Of a stretch of DNA of 64,000 nt, positions 25,214 through 38,687 are shown piece after piece. This DNA is from Podospora anserina (Eukaryota): positions 5,084,001-5,148,000 of the forward strand of contig CM030333.1 in NCBI GenBank assembly GCA_017654855.1, written 5' to 3'. Within the stretch, counting starts at the first letter, position 1; the number at the start of each line of letters is the position of its first letter. The notes beneath the pieces were generated by a model, which was not told the DNA's origin, made no database searches, and saw nothing but the letters and a program-made list of their open reading frames with translations. The translations under genes and the position numbers were made by a program.

Positions 25214-26915
25214 ATGGTGTCCCAGACCCAGTCCCAGTGTTATACCCCTTCCTCTTCGTCGTCTTCATCGTCGTCTTCGTCGTCCTCGGGTTCTACGACA
25301 TCCGACACTCACACCACACTCATCGGCGGCGGCGGACTCGTCCCAGGACTCGGTGGACTCGGCCTACCTCCACGACTCGGCAGCCGATCGAGTTACAACA
25401 ACACTAGCCGACCGTATCCAGCTGTATATTATTCATCTCCCACTAGTTTGCCGTCTCTGGACTCTGATAGACACCACCACCGTCACCCCGGGCACGGCTA
25501 CCAGCTTCCTTCACACCCTCTTCACGACGGCCACTCGCGTGGACACCTGAGTATGTCTGATCAAGGAGGGCACGGAGGTATGGATGGGTCAGACTCCACA
25601 CCACAAAGAAAAAGGATCGCTGTTGCTGTACGTCCATACCTTACCTATTCTTTTCATGAGTCTACCCACCAACCAGCTCGGTTACCTTATGCTGACACTG
25701 AATTCCTACCTGGCTTAGTGTGGAAGGTGTAGAAAGCGAAAGATCAGATGCAGTGGTGACCCGGGGCAAGGGCAGCCATGCTCGAACTGCAAGAATGCCA
25801 ATGCCGAGCCGTGTCAATTTCTAAGGGTGAGCTTCACTACTTTTGTCATCACTTTCAGGTTGTCTAACAAGCGCCAGGTTCAATCAAGAGAAGCCCCTTT
25901 CATCCGAAGTGAGCCGGTTGGCGATAGCCCTTTTGGCTACAATGTTGGTGATGCCAGACTATACCACGCTTCCCGCGCGCCCACGTATCATGCCTCTCCC
26001 AGTCCGCACGCAACAGCCTACGCTTCCGACCTTTTATCCACCACTGGGCATCATATGGGACATGGCAGCACTACCGACATTACAGGTATCTCATCGTACA
26101 GAGGCAGCACTCATGGCGGCGGCTACTCATACGTCCCGGTCAAACCAGCGTATTACACGGCCGCATACAGCTCCTCGCCACACGGCCTAACGTACGGGGT
26201 CCACTCTGATGTGGACAACTTTGGGGGTTATGGTTTGCCGGTCCCCACCGGAGAAGCCCATCACGATGCCCCCAGCGGCATCCCGGTCATGTCCATGCCT
26301 GGGGCCCCAGCTTGGCCATCTAGCAGGAGCATGAAATCCCCGAGCGGGTACGGCAGCATGTATCTGGATCCAGAAGTAACCGCATCCCCAACCACCTACA
26401 CAACCCCCCCACCATCGGCCTACTCAGCAGTCCGGGGCCACTCAGCCGCCGGGGACGGGCCGAATTTCTCCTTCACAAACATGTCAGCTTCGTTGCCGTC
26501 GTCTCAGTCGGATCGTGTGCTTCCTGTTCCTTCTTCCACCGCCGCCACCACCACCACGACCAGTCACCGCTCCTCCACCTACCCACCTCTCTCAGGGGCC
26601 AACAAACCCCCAACGGCCACAGACTCGAGCTACGACAGCTACGGCTCCTCTCGCACCGAGTCCAGCGGCCCAGAAAGTATCTTTAGCGACTCGGAACGCG
26701 CTGCAGCGTTCTCGAACAGCCAGGGGCCAGCAGCCTTTGACATGAGCCCGTACGGCACCAGCTCCGGGTCGACCGACGCTTCTGGCCGAAGGGACTCTGC
26801 ATACGCCGCGGCGGGGGCTGGACACGAGACTGGCGGTGGGCATGACGGGCCGTCGCTGCCTTCCCTGTCGTCTGCGTATGAGAGGCATCATGCTGCTGTT
26901 GCCACCCGGCACTAG
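25214..26915 (+). CDS. Zn(II)2Cys6 binuclear cluster transcription factor (~519 aa)
   Basis: Exons 25214..25627, 25719..25826, 25878..26915; RKRIAVA-CGRCRKRKIRCSGDPGQGQPCSNCKNANAEPC; rest is S/T/G/P/Y low complexity. Start could alternatively be the ATG at ~25553. Confidence 0.9.
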
Positions 26916-28935
26916 TCTCGGGCTTTGTGTAGAGTGATGTTTGGTTGGTTGGAGGCACCTACCTACCTGGTAATCAATCCCAGGTGGCAACACACACACA
27001 AGACGTGCGTGTGGGTCAAGGCCCAAATATGGGGGTGGCTGGCTGGCTGAGCATGGAAAATAGAACAGTGCGTTGAGGTGTGGATGGGCACTGGCCGAAG
27101 TCGACAACACCAACAATTGTGCGAGTCGAGGTTGGGGGTTACACAGCTGAAGAGGAGGGAAGGTCTATCTTGAGCGCCCTCCTACTCCGCACCCACCCAC
27201 CTATCTACATGGAACAGAGAGAGACAGCAGCACCAACAAACCTGACAACTCGATGCGAAGCAGCCACCCGTCGTCGTTCTTGCTTTCCTTTTTTTCTCTC
27301 TTCCCTCTCTAATCAAAAATGTCACGATCTTGCTGTCAAAGCAACAGGCAAAGATCCCAGTGAGCGATTGATTTTTTAGTTGTATTTCTTTTCCCTCGTT
27401 TTTGCATGGTTGTCTCTGTTTTCGTTTTTCACTTTTGATTTTTTTGCTCCTTCTGGTCTAGGTATCTCAATGTTGACCGCTCAAAACCTTGAAAGAAAAA
27501 GCATTGGCACTCTTTTTTCCTTCTCTTTCTTTGGTTGTGTACCGCTATCAACATCAAAAGATTCCCCCAAAGTCGCAATTTACTGTCACAAGAAATACAG
27601 AGAAGGAGAGATGCAAGAGGAAAAGCCGGAGAGGCTGGGACGGAGAGACAGACAGAGACAGTCTGTGAAGGAGAAACCAAAATACATGTACATGTCTGAA
27701 AACCCATCACTTCTCTCTTTTGTTTCTTTTCTCGTGTTGCCGCTGCCGCTGCTGTTGTTGTCGTTGTTATTGTCACACGCTCTCGAGCTCGGTTGCAGAA
27801 GCGCATGCTGCTTTGCTCTTTTGGTCATTTATCGCGGGCATTTGGCGAGTGCGGAGGTTTTAATCTATCTTGTACTCCCTCATCCCTCGACAGCTCGACC
27901 GATGGCCAACCAAGGCTGGGTGGGGGCAGAGAGAAATGGGCCTAGGCTCGGAACACGACAGCTCACCTACATGGTTCCCAATAGTGTCATGTATCTTTTC
28001 AACATGGGTAGGGGAATGGTGCATTCTGTCCGCGGACCATATAGGTTGAAGAGTTTCTGAGATTGTCGTGGGAGGTAGAGTGGAAGGGGGGATACAAGGA
28101 GGTACATGGCACAGAGACAACGCACACAAGTCAAAGAGAGAGAAAAGATGAAGTCTAATCTAATAGTCACTCACAACAAGTGATAAGAACAGAAAAATAA
28201 ATGAAGTAAACACCATGCCTCGTCGTGTTGGCCTTGTGAGCTGAAACCCCCACACACCAAGGCATATCATTGATGTTGAATGTTGTGTTGTGGCTTGCGC
28301 TCCTTTCCAGTCCAGCACATCACCAGCCTCAGGGACAGATGTGGCGCAATATGCATGGAAGAACCAACCTCTCCGAAACATGCAGGGAAAAGCGAGACAC
28401 GAAGAATTCCATCCCTTGCATTGAACACACCACTTAAAAGAATAAATATCCTTTAAATCCCCGTTGCCAAAAAAGTTCCTTCCATTTTTATATCCTGCCA
28501 TGATGTTGCCCTTTACCGAAACCCAGTCCAAAAACCCAGAGACAGAGAAGAGCAATGCCTCAAAGTTGACTCCCCGATACCAAAAAAGAGTTCAAAACGG
28601 ATGGGTCGTGATTCTTACAGGTAGCTGTATGACAATGTATGTGTGCCTGCTTGTTTTGCTTGCTGATGAACCAAGAGACAAAAAAGACAGAAAAGTCGAC
28701 TCCCAACACCTAGCTGAATGCAAACAGTGACAAAGCAAAGAAAAAGAAAAGAAATCCCAAATATGCTTCGACCTAGACTGCATCTCATCCCTCCTTCGCA
28801 TTACTCTGGTTCGATGTCGGTGGCATGTCAGGAGTGGAGGGCGTGGCGTCAGACCGACCAACCTTGTCCTGGAGCCCTACTGCAGGAACCCTCGTGAAAG
28901 GGGAATTGAGTTTGGGTCGTCGCCCGCGTCGCCAT

Positions 28936-29469
28936 TTAAGCGTCGGGCGCGCTCCGTCTTCTCCTTCCACTCCGGAGTTCCCGCTCGGTATCCATGAGTC
29001 GGCTCTGGACCCACGTCCGAAACGCGCGATCGCCTCTCACCGCCTCACAGTTGAGCAGCTCCGTCAGCACCCTCTTGATGCCCTCGTTGACGTCACACAG
29101 TTTGGCCTCCTCCTGGGCGACTTCCCCCAGGCAGCCCGACGACCCAGATCTCTTCATCATAATGGTCGGGATGGACGAGCTGCGGAACTGGTGACGCGAG
29201 GACGACACGGCCGGGGCGGGAATGATGCCGGTAGGCGAGAGTGATGACGTAGTGGTGGAGGGCGAGGAGAAAAAGGAAGCCGACTGGGGCGATCGGAGCT
29301 CATCGAGGTGCTGACGGAGTGACTCGTGCTGCTCGTGCAGGAGATAGTACTTTTGCAGCGCCAGGTCGCGGTCGTGGTGGTGCATCATGGTCGGCACTGG
29401 AGAGGAGCGCAGATCAAACATGGTGGCACGGGCGGTGCTGTAGGAAGACGAGTTGGCGGTGGCGTTCAT
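28936..29469 (-). CDS. Conserved-looking fungal hypothetical protein (177 aa)
   Basis: ATG ORF with two helical segments (LQKYYLLHEQHESLRQHLDEL; EEAKLCDVNEGIKRVLTELLNCEAVRGDRAFRTWVQSRLMDTEREL) separated by a Ser-rich linker. Confidence 0.75.
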   Translation of the reverse strand: MNATANSSSYSTARATMFDLRSSPVPTMMHHHDRDLALQKYYLLHEQHESLRQHLDELRSPQSASFFSSPSTTTSSLSPTGIIPAPAVSSSRHQFRSSSIPTIMMKRSGSSGCLGEVAQEEAKLCDVNEGIKRVLTELLNCEAVRGDRAFRTWVQSRLMDTERELRSGRRRRSAPDA

Positions 29470-30966
29470 GATGATGATACGGATATTGGAGAGGCTGAGA
29501 TGTGTTGGGAAAACAACACGGCTGAAGATGGAGATGGAGATTCGATCAATGCGTAGCGTGCTGCATTCGAAGGGGGTGCTGGTGCAAACGGCGGGACCAT
29601 TGGAGGAGTTCTCGGACGTGCTATGTGTGTGTCGTTATTTGATGGCGAAGGACGGGATGGAGGAGAGCAACAGAAAGAGTCGGCGGCGGTGGTGTATAAC
29701 AGTTGTATATGGCGTGCGTGTGATTCAGGAATGAAATTGCGGTCGGCGAGACGCTGCTCCGCGCGAGAGTGCCTTATCTCTGGGTGGCTTCTCGTGCCCC
29801 TGGTCCCCTGCTCGGACGCTGTGCCCTGGCTCTCGGAAGAGCTGAAAAAGGTGGAAATGGGAGGGCGCTTCCTCTTATGACGATGACGACTGATAGAAAA
29901 CAAGTGTCGACAAGGTAAGGTATCAGATTATTTGACAGGTCCTGTTAAGTGGTTGAGGCGTGCGGCTCTGTTCGTGGCGGGCGTGCGTGTCGGGGTGCTG
30001 CTGGGTGGTGCCCTGAGATGTGGGCAAGCTCCGTTATTTGAGTTTGTGGTGATCGTCGAGCTTGTCGTCACTACTGCTTCCGACACAAAGGAAGATCCCT
30101 GCGTCAACTGTCTGTGGAACGGGCCTAGACACAGTGTGCTGTGGGTTGTGTGGGCGGGGTGGAGCTGTCAGAGCTCCCCTCTCACCTCACCCCTTTCCGG
30201 CCCCGCAGGTAAAATGCCTGCTGTTTTAATTTGGAGACTGAGATGACGGTACGACTTGCAAAAGATTACGAACATAAAAAAAAGAGAATGAATGGCAAAC
30301 AGATCCTGCCTGCTCACGGCATTTGCAATATCATATCAGAAAACCCAACATCGGGCAGCTGCAGAAGAATGAAAGGTGGAGAAGATAAGGGCCACCCGCA
30401 GGCGAGACAATTAAGGTAGAGATATCTGAAGACAGCATCCGCTGGGACGGACAGTGCGAGTGTGTTGTCGACCCCTCTATTGTGTCGTGTCAGTCCGTCC
30501 CATCGAGGGCTTCTTTTTATTTTATTTCACCGCTCCGGGCCATTGTTCCTTGCTTCGCGCCGATAGACTTTTTGGTCTGCAGCTCAGCCCCATCACCAAT
30601 GAGCCAAGCTGATTCGAAAACATGGTCTTGTGCCAAGCTTGCAAAGGAGCCCAAAGCTTCAAAACAGACCGCTGGCTAGGCCTCGAATTGCATCTGCAGT
30701 GGGGTAACGAATACTACCGTGGTACATTCTCAAAGTACCCGTGGCCCGATCCTCATCGCGCAACTTACGTACAACCCTCGGAAGCTAACGCCACATGATA
30801 TCGGCATCTGCAACGAAACATCCCGACACTGCGGGTGAGACAGCAACAGAAGACAGTCAGTGCCTGTTGATCATTACCATAATGCAGCCATACGTGCCAT
30901 ACCTATTATACATGATAGTATCTACACTACATGTGTATCCCAATATCCCATTATCCCATCATCTCA

Positions 30967-33900
30967 TCACTTGTGAAAGAGGCCATCTGCTATCCGCTTC
31001 CTTGCCCTGGCCAAACCCTGAGTGCTGGCGCTATCCAGCTGCTGCGAGCTCGCAATTCTCTGCGGAATCGACGCCTTCTCCCGCAGAAGGCCGAGAGAAG
31101 AAGCCGGTACACTCATACCTCGCTTGCTCAAGCCAACCCGCCTTGCTGCTGACGTCGGCCTCCTCTTCTTGACCCAGCCGTCACCATCGGGCCAGTCAGA
31201 GTCCTGCGAATCCTTATATGTCTCGTCAATGTCGTCCTCTGCGTAGTTTTCTTCCAACGCAGGCTCGGGACTGCTAAGTAGTGATATCACCTGTGACCCC
31301 TTCGGGACTTGAAACTGAGCCGAAGTGCGCGCGCTTCTACGTCGGCAGGTCTCGGTATGGGACGACACAGGTTCCATCTTGATCTTTGCCATGGAGCTTT
31401 GCTTGAGGTGCTGTGACTTCCTAGGCGACGGCTTCTCAATGGGCTTCACCATGAGCCTCCGTGCAAGTGTGGATGGGCCTCTGCGGACGTTGGGAATATC
31501 CGAGTCTGAGCTCGAATCCCCATCATCAGAATCTGATTTGCCAGAGTCGTTAGAGTCTTCAGACTCGTCCTCCATGTCATCCAGCCGCCGCATGGCTTCC
31601 TCATATTCAGCATCTGCCGTTGTCTTTGACATGCGCGACTTCCCTGGTGGAATGACGTCAACCTGGACCGGGTCCCGGGCCGGCACACCCGAACTGTTAT
31701 TGGTCGAAGGCTGAGTGCAGAGCTCGCTCACCGATGGCAGGGATTCGTCTGATGACGAAGACTCGGAAACTGCCCATGCAAGGCGAGAAGGACGAGGCGT
31801 TGGAACATTGTCCTCCTCTTCTGCCTGCTCATCCTCTGATTGCTCATCCTCCTCATGGCTTTCGACCTCGCTGGGTTCATCTTCCATGGCATAACGAGGC
31901 GAGCTGCGGAGTGCATCTCGGTTGGCAGAGTCATCCTCGAGTGCATTAAGCGAAGAGTCGGCCAGATCGATGCTCAAGTCCGGGTCAACTTGCCTCTCGC
32001 TCTGGATGCTGCCAATCTCCGAGGGCGGTAGGGCTAGTTTGGGGGACTCAACCCGATGCTCAGACGGCGGCAGCGAGATGGCATCCGAGAACCCATTAAA
32101 AGGCTCCAGCAAAATCGGCCGCGAATCAACGCCGTTGGTTGTACCGCGTGAAGCACGGCGAGATCCCAAGTCGCTTTGAGGCTGCGAGGATTCAAATGGT
32201 CTCGGCAACGCATCATGCGACATACCCGTCAGCTGTCGTGAGGGCGAGTGGCTACTGCGGTTCGAGAGTGCGTCATTGGCAATGGATGGATCAACCTCCT
32301 TGCGGAAGCCAGCTTCGCTGATCAGCTGACTGATTTTGTGTGGCCTGTCTTCCGTCATGGATATATCTTCGACAGACATCACCTGAGCGGCCTGGGCCTC
32401 CTGATCTTCACTGGAGCCATTGGGGTCACAAGATTCGGGGATGACGCTTTCCTCAAGAGTCTGAGTGTTGATATCCATCTGTGATGTCTCGTCAGTAGAT
32501 TGTTCCGGTGCTTCATGCCCGAGGGTTGCCGATGTTTGAGCGCTCGTGGTCTTTTCGAGGTTGTTGGCGGTATGGGACGGTGATGGCTCCTCCACCAAAG
32601 GCGTACCTGGAACTATTTGAGAGGGATACTGCAGGACGCGGGGCTCCATCATTTCAGATAAATCCAGGGTCCGGTAACCCTCCTCCTCCTCCTCCTCATC
32701 TTCCTCATCCATGCCCGGAAGTTCAAACTTGTCGTAGACACGCTTGCCCTCGTCATCGTAAACCTTTTCGTTTCGGTCCAAGTACTGATCTCTTTTGGCA
32801 AGCCGGACCCGAAGAACACCATGATCCTCCAGATTGATAATGATTCCCGTCAGGCGTGACACTTGGGGCGCCCAACTCGTCGCCTTGGACATCAAAAGTT
32901 GCTGCCAAGTAAGAATCATACCAGGCGCAGCACTTCCAGGCTGCAACAAGGGGAGAGTCGAAGGGTCTGCGGGAAGCGGTGGAAGGTCATCCTCTTCCTC
33001 CTCCTCACGAACCTCTGATACACTGCGCTCGGGTTGTTCCTGCGGCTCGTCATCGTAGTTCAGGGTAGTCTCGCCATATTCCGTGCTTGCCTTGTAGTAA
33101 TATGACCCTCTGTCATCATAGCTATAGTCCCCAATGCCACCCACGTCTGACCTTCTCTTTTTCGTTTTCGACGTCTCTTCATCTTGAAGCTGATACTCGT
33201 CTTGACTACGCTGCTTCCTCTTCTTGCGGCCACCGTGTTGGTATTTCTGCTGGGGATCCCAACGTTGGACAAACGGGAATGGAGGCTCACTGAGCTCCAC
33301 GCCCTCCTGGCAGCACTCGACAGCCCTATAATTGATCTTGGCTCGCCAGGCATCTGGATCCTCGTCCGCATCGCAGGCAGCGTCCTTATGGGGTGCCACA
33401 GGTGTTTCAGACAGCCGAGATGTTGCTTGAGCCGCTGGAGCCGCATCGTGAGCCGAAGCTGGCTGGCTGGGGGCATCGCCTTGAAACTCCTCCACAATCA
33501 TTCCAGTCAAAGCTCCAATGCGCTCCAGCATCTGTGCCTTCTTCGCAGCGATAGTCTCAGTTACACTGGCAAGCTCGGTAGAGTCTGCCTCGGTCATGCC
33601 AGTACTCGGAGCCGTAGGAGCTAGCGCCGCTAATGCCTCAGCGCGAGCAGCAGCCTTTTTTGCCTGCGCCAGAGCCCTTCGTCGAGTGTTTCTTTTCCGA
33701 GTGGATGGCTTGCCTTCCCCAGGGCGAGGTGGACCCGCATCTTCACTTTGAACGGCCGGTGCTTCGGTGACTTGCAGGGTCCTAATGGGACTGGGCGCGA
33801 TCTTTTTGGGTTCTGGGACAGCACGCTCTTGGTCAACAGAAGTGTCATCACCGCTTGAGGATTCGCCATCGCTGGAGGAATCATCATCGCTGGAGGAATC

Positions 33901-35655
33901 GATGTCGCTCGAGGAATCTTCACCGCTGGAAGCCGCCTCTTGGCTGGAACTTTCACAAGCCGAGCTGTCGTCGTCACTTGATTCACCGTTCGAATCATCG
34001 ATTGAAGAGCCGTCAGAGTCCTCGTCGCTGGAGTCAGCTTCATCGGAATCACTTTTACCGCTTGAATCCTGGTCAGAATCAGGTGCACTGCTGTTTTGAT
34101 CATCATCAGACTTGGGATCACCGGCAAGATCCACACCCTCATCACTACCGTCACTGGCGCCATCGCTGTCGGTATCATCGTGGTCCTCATTGTCGCTCTC
34201 ACTATTGCTGCTGCCGTCGTCGTCATCGTCACTGTCGCTATGGCCATCACTGTCGTCGCCCCCAGATGGCTTGGTGTCGGCAGTGGTTTGGGCCTCCTCG
34301 TTATTCTCATCCTCGTCACTGCTCAGGTCGTCGTCGCCATCCGGGTTCGAGTCAGTGAGATCATGTTCTGAGGAGCCTGGTACAGGTGGGCAGACTTTCG
34401 AGGACGCCACTTCGGGTCCACTGTCACTTTCGCTGTCGCTAGTGCCTGATTCTTCAGAAGACGAGTGATGGCTAGCTTCATTGGCATCCTCTTCCAGGGC
34501 ATCATTCTGGCCTTCATCATCATCATCCTCGAACTTGGTGTGCACAGGAAGGTTGACAGGTTCTCCTTTCTTGCGCATCTCCTCGACCATGTATCTAGAA
34601 GCAGTGCCATTAAGGATGGAACCGCTCGGGAATCCATGCTGATCGTAATGCTTGATCACGGACGCAACCGATTCAGCGTCGCTGTCGTCTTCCTCATTAC
34701 TGTCCCTTGGTCGCTTGGTACCACGCTTTCGACCGTCGATGGGAGCCTCGACTTCCTTCGCCTTCCTTCGTGCATTGACGCCGCGCTCCTCACCGTATGT
34801 TATGCTGTTCCCGCCTTTCTCGGGTTCCATATCATTCTCCAGGTCCCTTAGTTCAGCCTCGAGATCGGACTCATCATCTTGAACATCTTCCTCGAGGTCT
34901 GCATCCTCGTCTGAATCTGAGTCCAACCCTTGTTCTTCCATGTCATCCTCATCGATGGGCTCCATATCCGACTCGTCCTCGTTCACATTCTGACCACCAA
35001 AATCGTTGTCTTCTACATCTTCGTCCGAGTCGGCGTCATATGGCGCACTGAACCTGACACTTCCGGCCCTGTGGGCTTTCTTCCGTCCCCGTTCGCCAGA
35101 CTCGGTAATCATAAGCTGTTGAGCATCGTCGTCTTCTTCCTCGCCATGTGGATGGTAGGTAAGTCGTGGGCGTTTCAAGGGCGGTATATCCACTGCAGGT
35201 CTGCTGTAGGCAGCTCTTAGGCGAGGGCGGCCGAAAGGGATACCGTCGAGAAGATGACGGCCGTCATTGGTGATCTGATCGCGGCCGCTCAAGCGACGCT
35301 TCCTTCGATCATTTGTAACAAGTGGGCGAATGCTAAGAAAAAGTGGCACATGTTAGTTTGGATCGCTTCGTCGAGGACAAAGGCACGAGACGGAACAAAC
35401 GTACTAAATCTCTTCATCATCTTTCAGTACATCGGCCACTTGCTGGAAGTGGAAGAAGTCAAAGGCGGTGCCCGTGTCCTTCTGTCTCAACTCGATGGTG
35501 TAGTCCTCCAAACCCCATTCGTTGCTCTCTAGGGGGATAATCTCGTTGACTTGTTCCAGTAAGTTTGCAATGGTCGGGTCATTCTCCGTCTTGCAGCTGA
35601 AGACGACTCGTACGTCAGGGAGGGCATGGCGGCGGACCACCAGTCGCAAACGCAT
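30967..35655 (-). CDS. Large acidic nuclear protein, coilin-like architecture (1538 aa)
   Basis: Exon 35655..35405, intron 35404..35333, exon 35332..30967. N-terminal globular domain MRLRLVVRR...VLKDDEEIYIRPL, D/E/S tracts, basic NLS-like motifs, Tudor-like segment at ~32630..32975. Confidence 0.85.
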
Positions 35656-36179
35656 GTTTCAGTTGAGTTGACTGGTATTGAACAGGTGGGATCTGGATGG
35701 TTGATGATGCGTAGAAAAGAAAATTCCGGGAAAAACTTCGTCGCGAGAAAAATAGACTGGAGCACGCAGAGAAGAACAGAAAGTAAAAATGAGCGACGGA
35801 TTGACGGGATTGACGGATTGACGCGTGCGAAACTTTGGGACCAAAGCTGTCGCCAGGCTGTCGTGGGTGAACTGTGGAAAGTTGCCGCGTCTTGCAGCTT
35901 GCATCTTATCTTATCGATAGTGGGGTGGGTTTTTGCGCGGACTGCGATAACCCTGGTGCTAAGAACCATCAACTACGACATGGGCATCGTAACCCTGAGG
36001 GTGGCAGACCGAGTACCCCTGAGGGTGTCGAGCTTCAACATTCACGATGCCAATGCCAAAAGTCTACCCATTTTCTGCGGTCGCTAATCCAGGTATCTAC
36101 TTTGCGAATATACAGATATACACGTGCTTCTTCTCCGAGCTTGCCACAATCCAATCGTCAACCATTTCCTCGAGTAGGA

Positions 36180-37476
36180 TTACCTCGGCAACGCGCCTGG
36201 GTCTAACAGATGCCCCATCTTTTCGATCTGCGGGTGCCTCGCGGTTAGCATTTGCCATGGCGCAGCGTAGAAGCACAGAATATCTCACCTTTGTCTTCAG
36301 ATATCCTTCCACCTCGGGCGCCCTGAAGCCGCCCTTGCCCTTCCACGACAGAGGCACCATGGCCACACGCTCCTTCACCACCACCTCCCTGTTTGGCCCC
36401 TCCACGGCGCGAATCTTGTCTGGGTTGTTGGTCAAGAGACGCACTTCTTTCTGACCGAGGTCAAGCAGCATGGCTGTTGCAAGGCCGTAGCTCCGCGCAT
36501 CAGCGGGATGTCTCAAGAGCAGGTTTGCCTCGACTGTGTCCGACCCCAAATCCTGCAGATTGTAAGCCTTGAGCTTCTCACCCAGCCCGATGCCGCGACC
36601 CTCCTGCCGCAGATAGATGATGATGCCTCCTGCTTTGTTTGAAGGCAGAGACATGAGCCGCGCAGCCTCGTCGAGCTGCTCGCCACAGTCACAGCGCGCA
36701 GACCAAACGGTTTCGCCTGTGTAACACTCGCTGTGTATCCTGACCAGAGGTGGTTGGCTCTTGTCAGCCTCTTCTGGTTCTTGTCTCTCTGTTGCCGAGC
36801 CATCAGCCTTTTCCAGGCTTGTCGTTCTCCCTGGGTACAGTCTGCCCGTGTAGGCGCCCCGCACAAGGCGATCCATCTCGGTCTCGCCCTCGCGTACGGC
36901 ATCGAGTGACTTGCTGCGGATCGTGTTTCCAAACACGATGGCCAAATGTTCCTTGTTGTCCACATTGTTGGTGTAGAGGTGGAGAAACATCTCGGCGCCT
37001 GTGGTGGTCGGGATACGCGCGCGGACGATGCATTCTACCTGAGGGAGTTGCTCGAGGAGTCGTGGGTGTTTGGATCCACAACCGCCGGAGGGAACCGAAC
37101 TGTCGACTGGGACGCCGCGCGGTTCTGAGAGCAATAGGCTGGACGGAGTAGCGGTCCCTGGGGTGGCGGGAGGTGTGAAGGCTGGCGACAGCAGCGAACT
37201 GGGCGGCGGCGCATTTGATGGTGTCCCTGCGCCATCATTGCGGTCGCCGTTGCTGTCATTATCATTACTGCTGCTGTCTCCGTCCTTGGGCGTGGGCGGT
37301 GATGTGGCAGAAGTGCCGACTGCGGGGTCGGAAGAAAAGGAGAAGTCGGGGTGCGACACATCGGCATCACCTTGCGACGAATGCTGGGCGTCTGTTGGGG
37401 GAGAGTAGAAGGAGGGCAACTGGCTGGTCGTCCTCTCGGCGTGGTGTTGCCATTCGTCTGGCTGCTGGCCGGGCAT
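36180..37476 (-). CDS. RIB1: GTP cyclohydrolase II (riboflavin biosynthesis)
   Basis: [67 protein letters not shown]; last intron ~36288..36229 gives a C-terminus [18 protein letters not shown]. Start codon uncertain. Confidence 0.95.
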
Positions 37477-38687
37477 TGCGACGGGACTGGAATGGGATGG
37501 AGGGGCTGGCACGCGCGTGTGGCTGTCGGTGGCCGGTGACGGGTGGTGCAAGGCAACGCAAGGCAACACAAGGCTATCCGCAATCACAGGCTCGGGCCGT
37601 CGGTTCCAGGGCACGTCTGGGTCGGTCTGTAGGTAGGGTAAAGAAGGTTGCAAGGGGGTCAATGGCGGTCAATGGCGCAATGAATGGAGAGAATCAATCA
37701 GTCAACACAAGACTCGAGCCCTTTTTGCTAGTTTCAAAAGATGACAGCTTCAACCGGGCCGGCGGGCGATTCCAAAGCGATTCACGGCCATTGGGGAAGC
37801 ATTAGTCATGTGCTGCCCGCATCGCCTCGGTGCTTTGGAGTTCGGCAGGCGGCGAGACAACTTCCCAATACTTTGCGGGGTTCGGCCCCACTCCTCTCCA
37901 TCTCTCTTCAAACTTGACAGTTGACACTGCCACTGGATTTTTGGCGACAGCGACAATTCATTGTTGTCTATTTCGTACCTGGGTAACCTGGATATGGTGA
38001 GCTTGCAGAAAGACCCCTTTCAAAATACAATATCACCGATTATTAAACATTGCATTTGTACAGATGGCATATTCATCATCAACTTACAACCGAGCATCTC
38101 CGATGGGTGATTGATTGATAAGCTTTGTCTTATCACGATCCTGTTCATCATCTTCCATCCAGTCACACAAGTCAACTCAGGCCAACAGGATGCAGGAACA
38201 CATCTTGGCTTCCCCGGCTGGGGCCAACTGTTCTCCAAAATTAGCATGCTAAAGGCTGATGCAAAACGACCATTTCGATGCCAGCACTCACACGCAGCGG
38301 AGGCCGACATGTATTCTTCCGAGATGTCGTCAGTTCGGTTCAAGTGCGGCTCTTCAGTGCCCAGACAAGGCACTATATTGCGCCAGGCACCACGAGGTAG
38401 CGCGTGGCATGTCGAGAGCTCGAGAAAGGTCCAGCGAGGCCCTCATCAACCCTCTCGAGCATCTCGTCCGGGCTGGGCTCCCGATCCAATATATCTGCGT
38501 GTCCTTGGAAAGAGGTTCCCTTGACCGCTGGGAAATTGGCCAATGCAGCTTGAGGTCTTGTCGCTACCGTGAGCCCACATGGGCAACACCGTCTCCCATC
38601 ACGCAATGTTTCTGTGTTTCCTCTTTGGGAAGTGGAGGAAACGGATCTTCGGGAGGGCAACCGGGAGCCGCACCCCAGGCCAAGACC

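Noticed and set aside
27380-28060. 226-aa hydrophobic ORF
   Set aside because: TTG start and composition driven by T-rich and AG-rich simple sequence; more likely 3' UTR of the TF.
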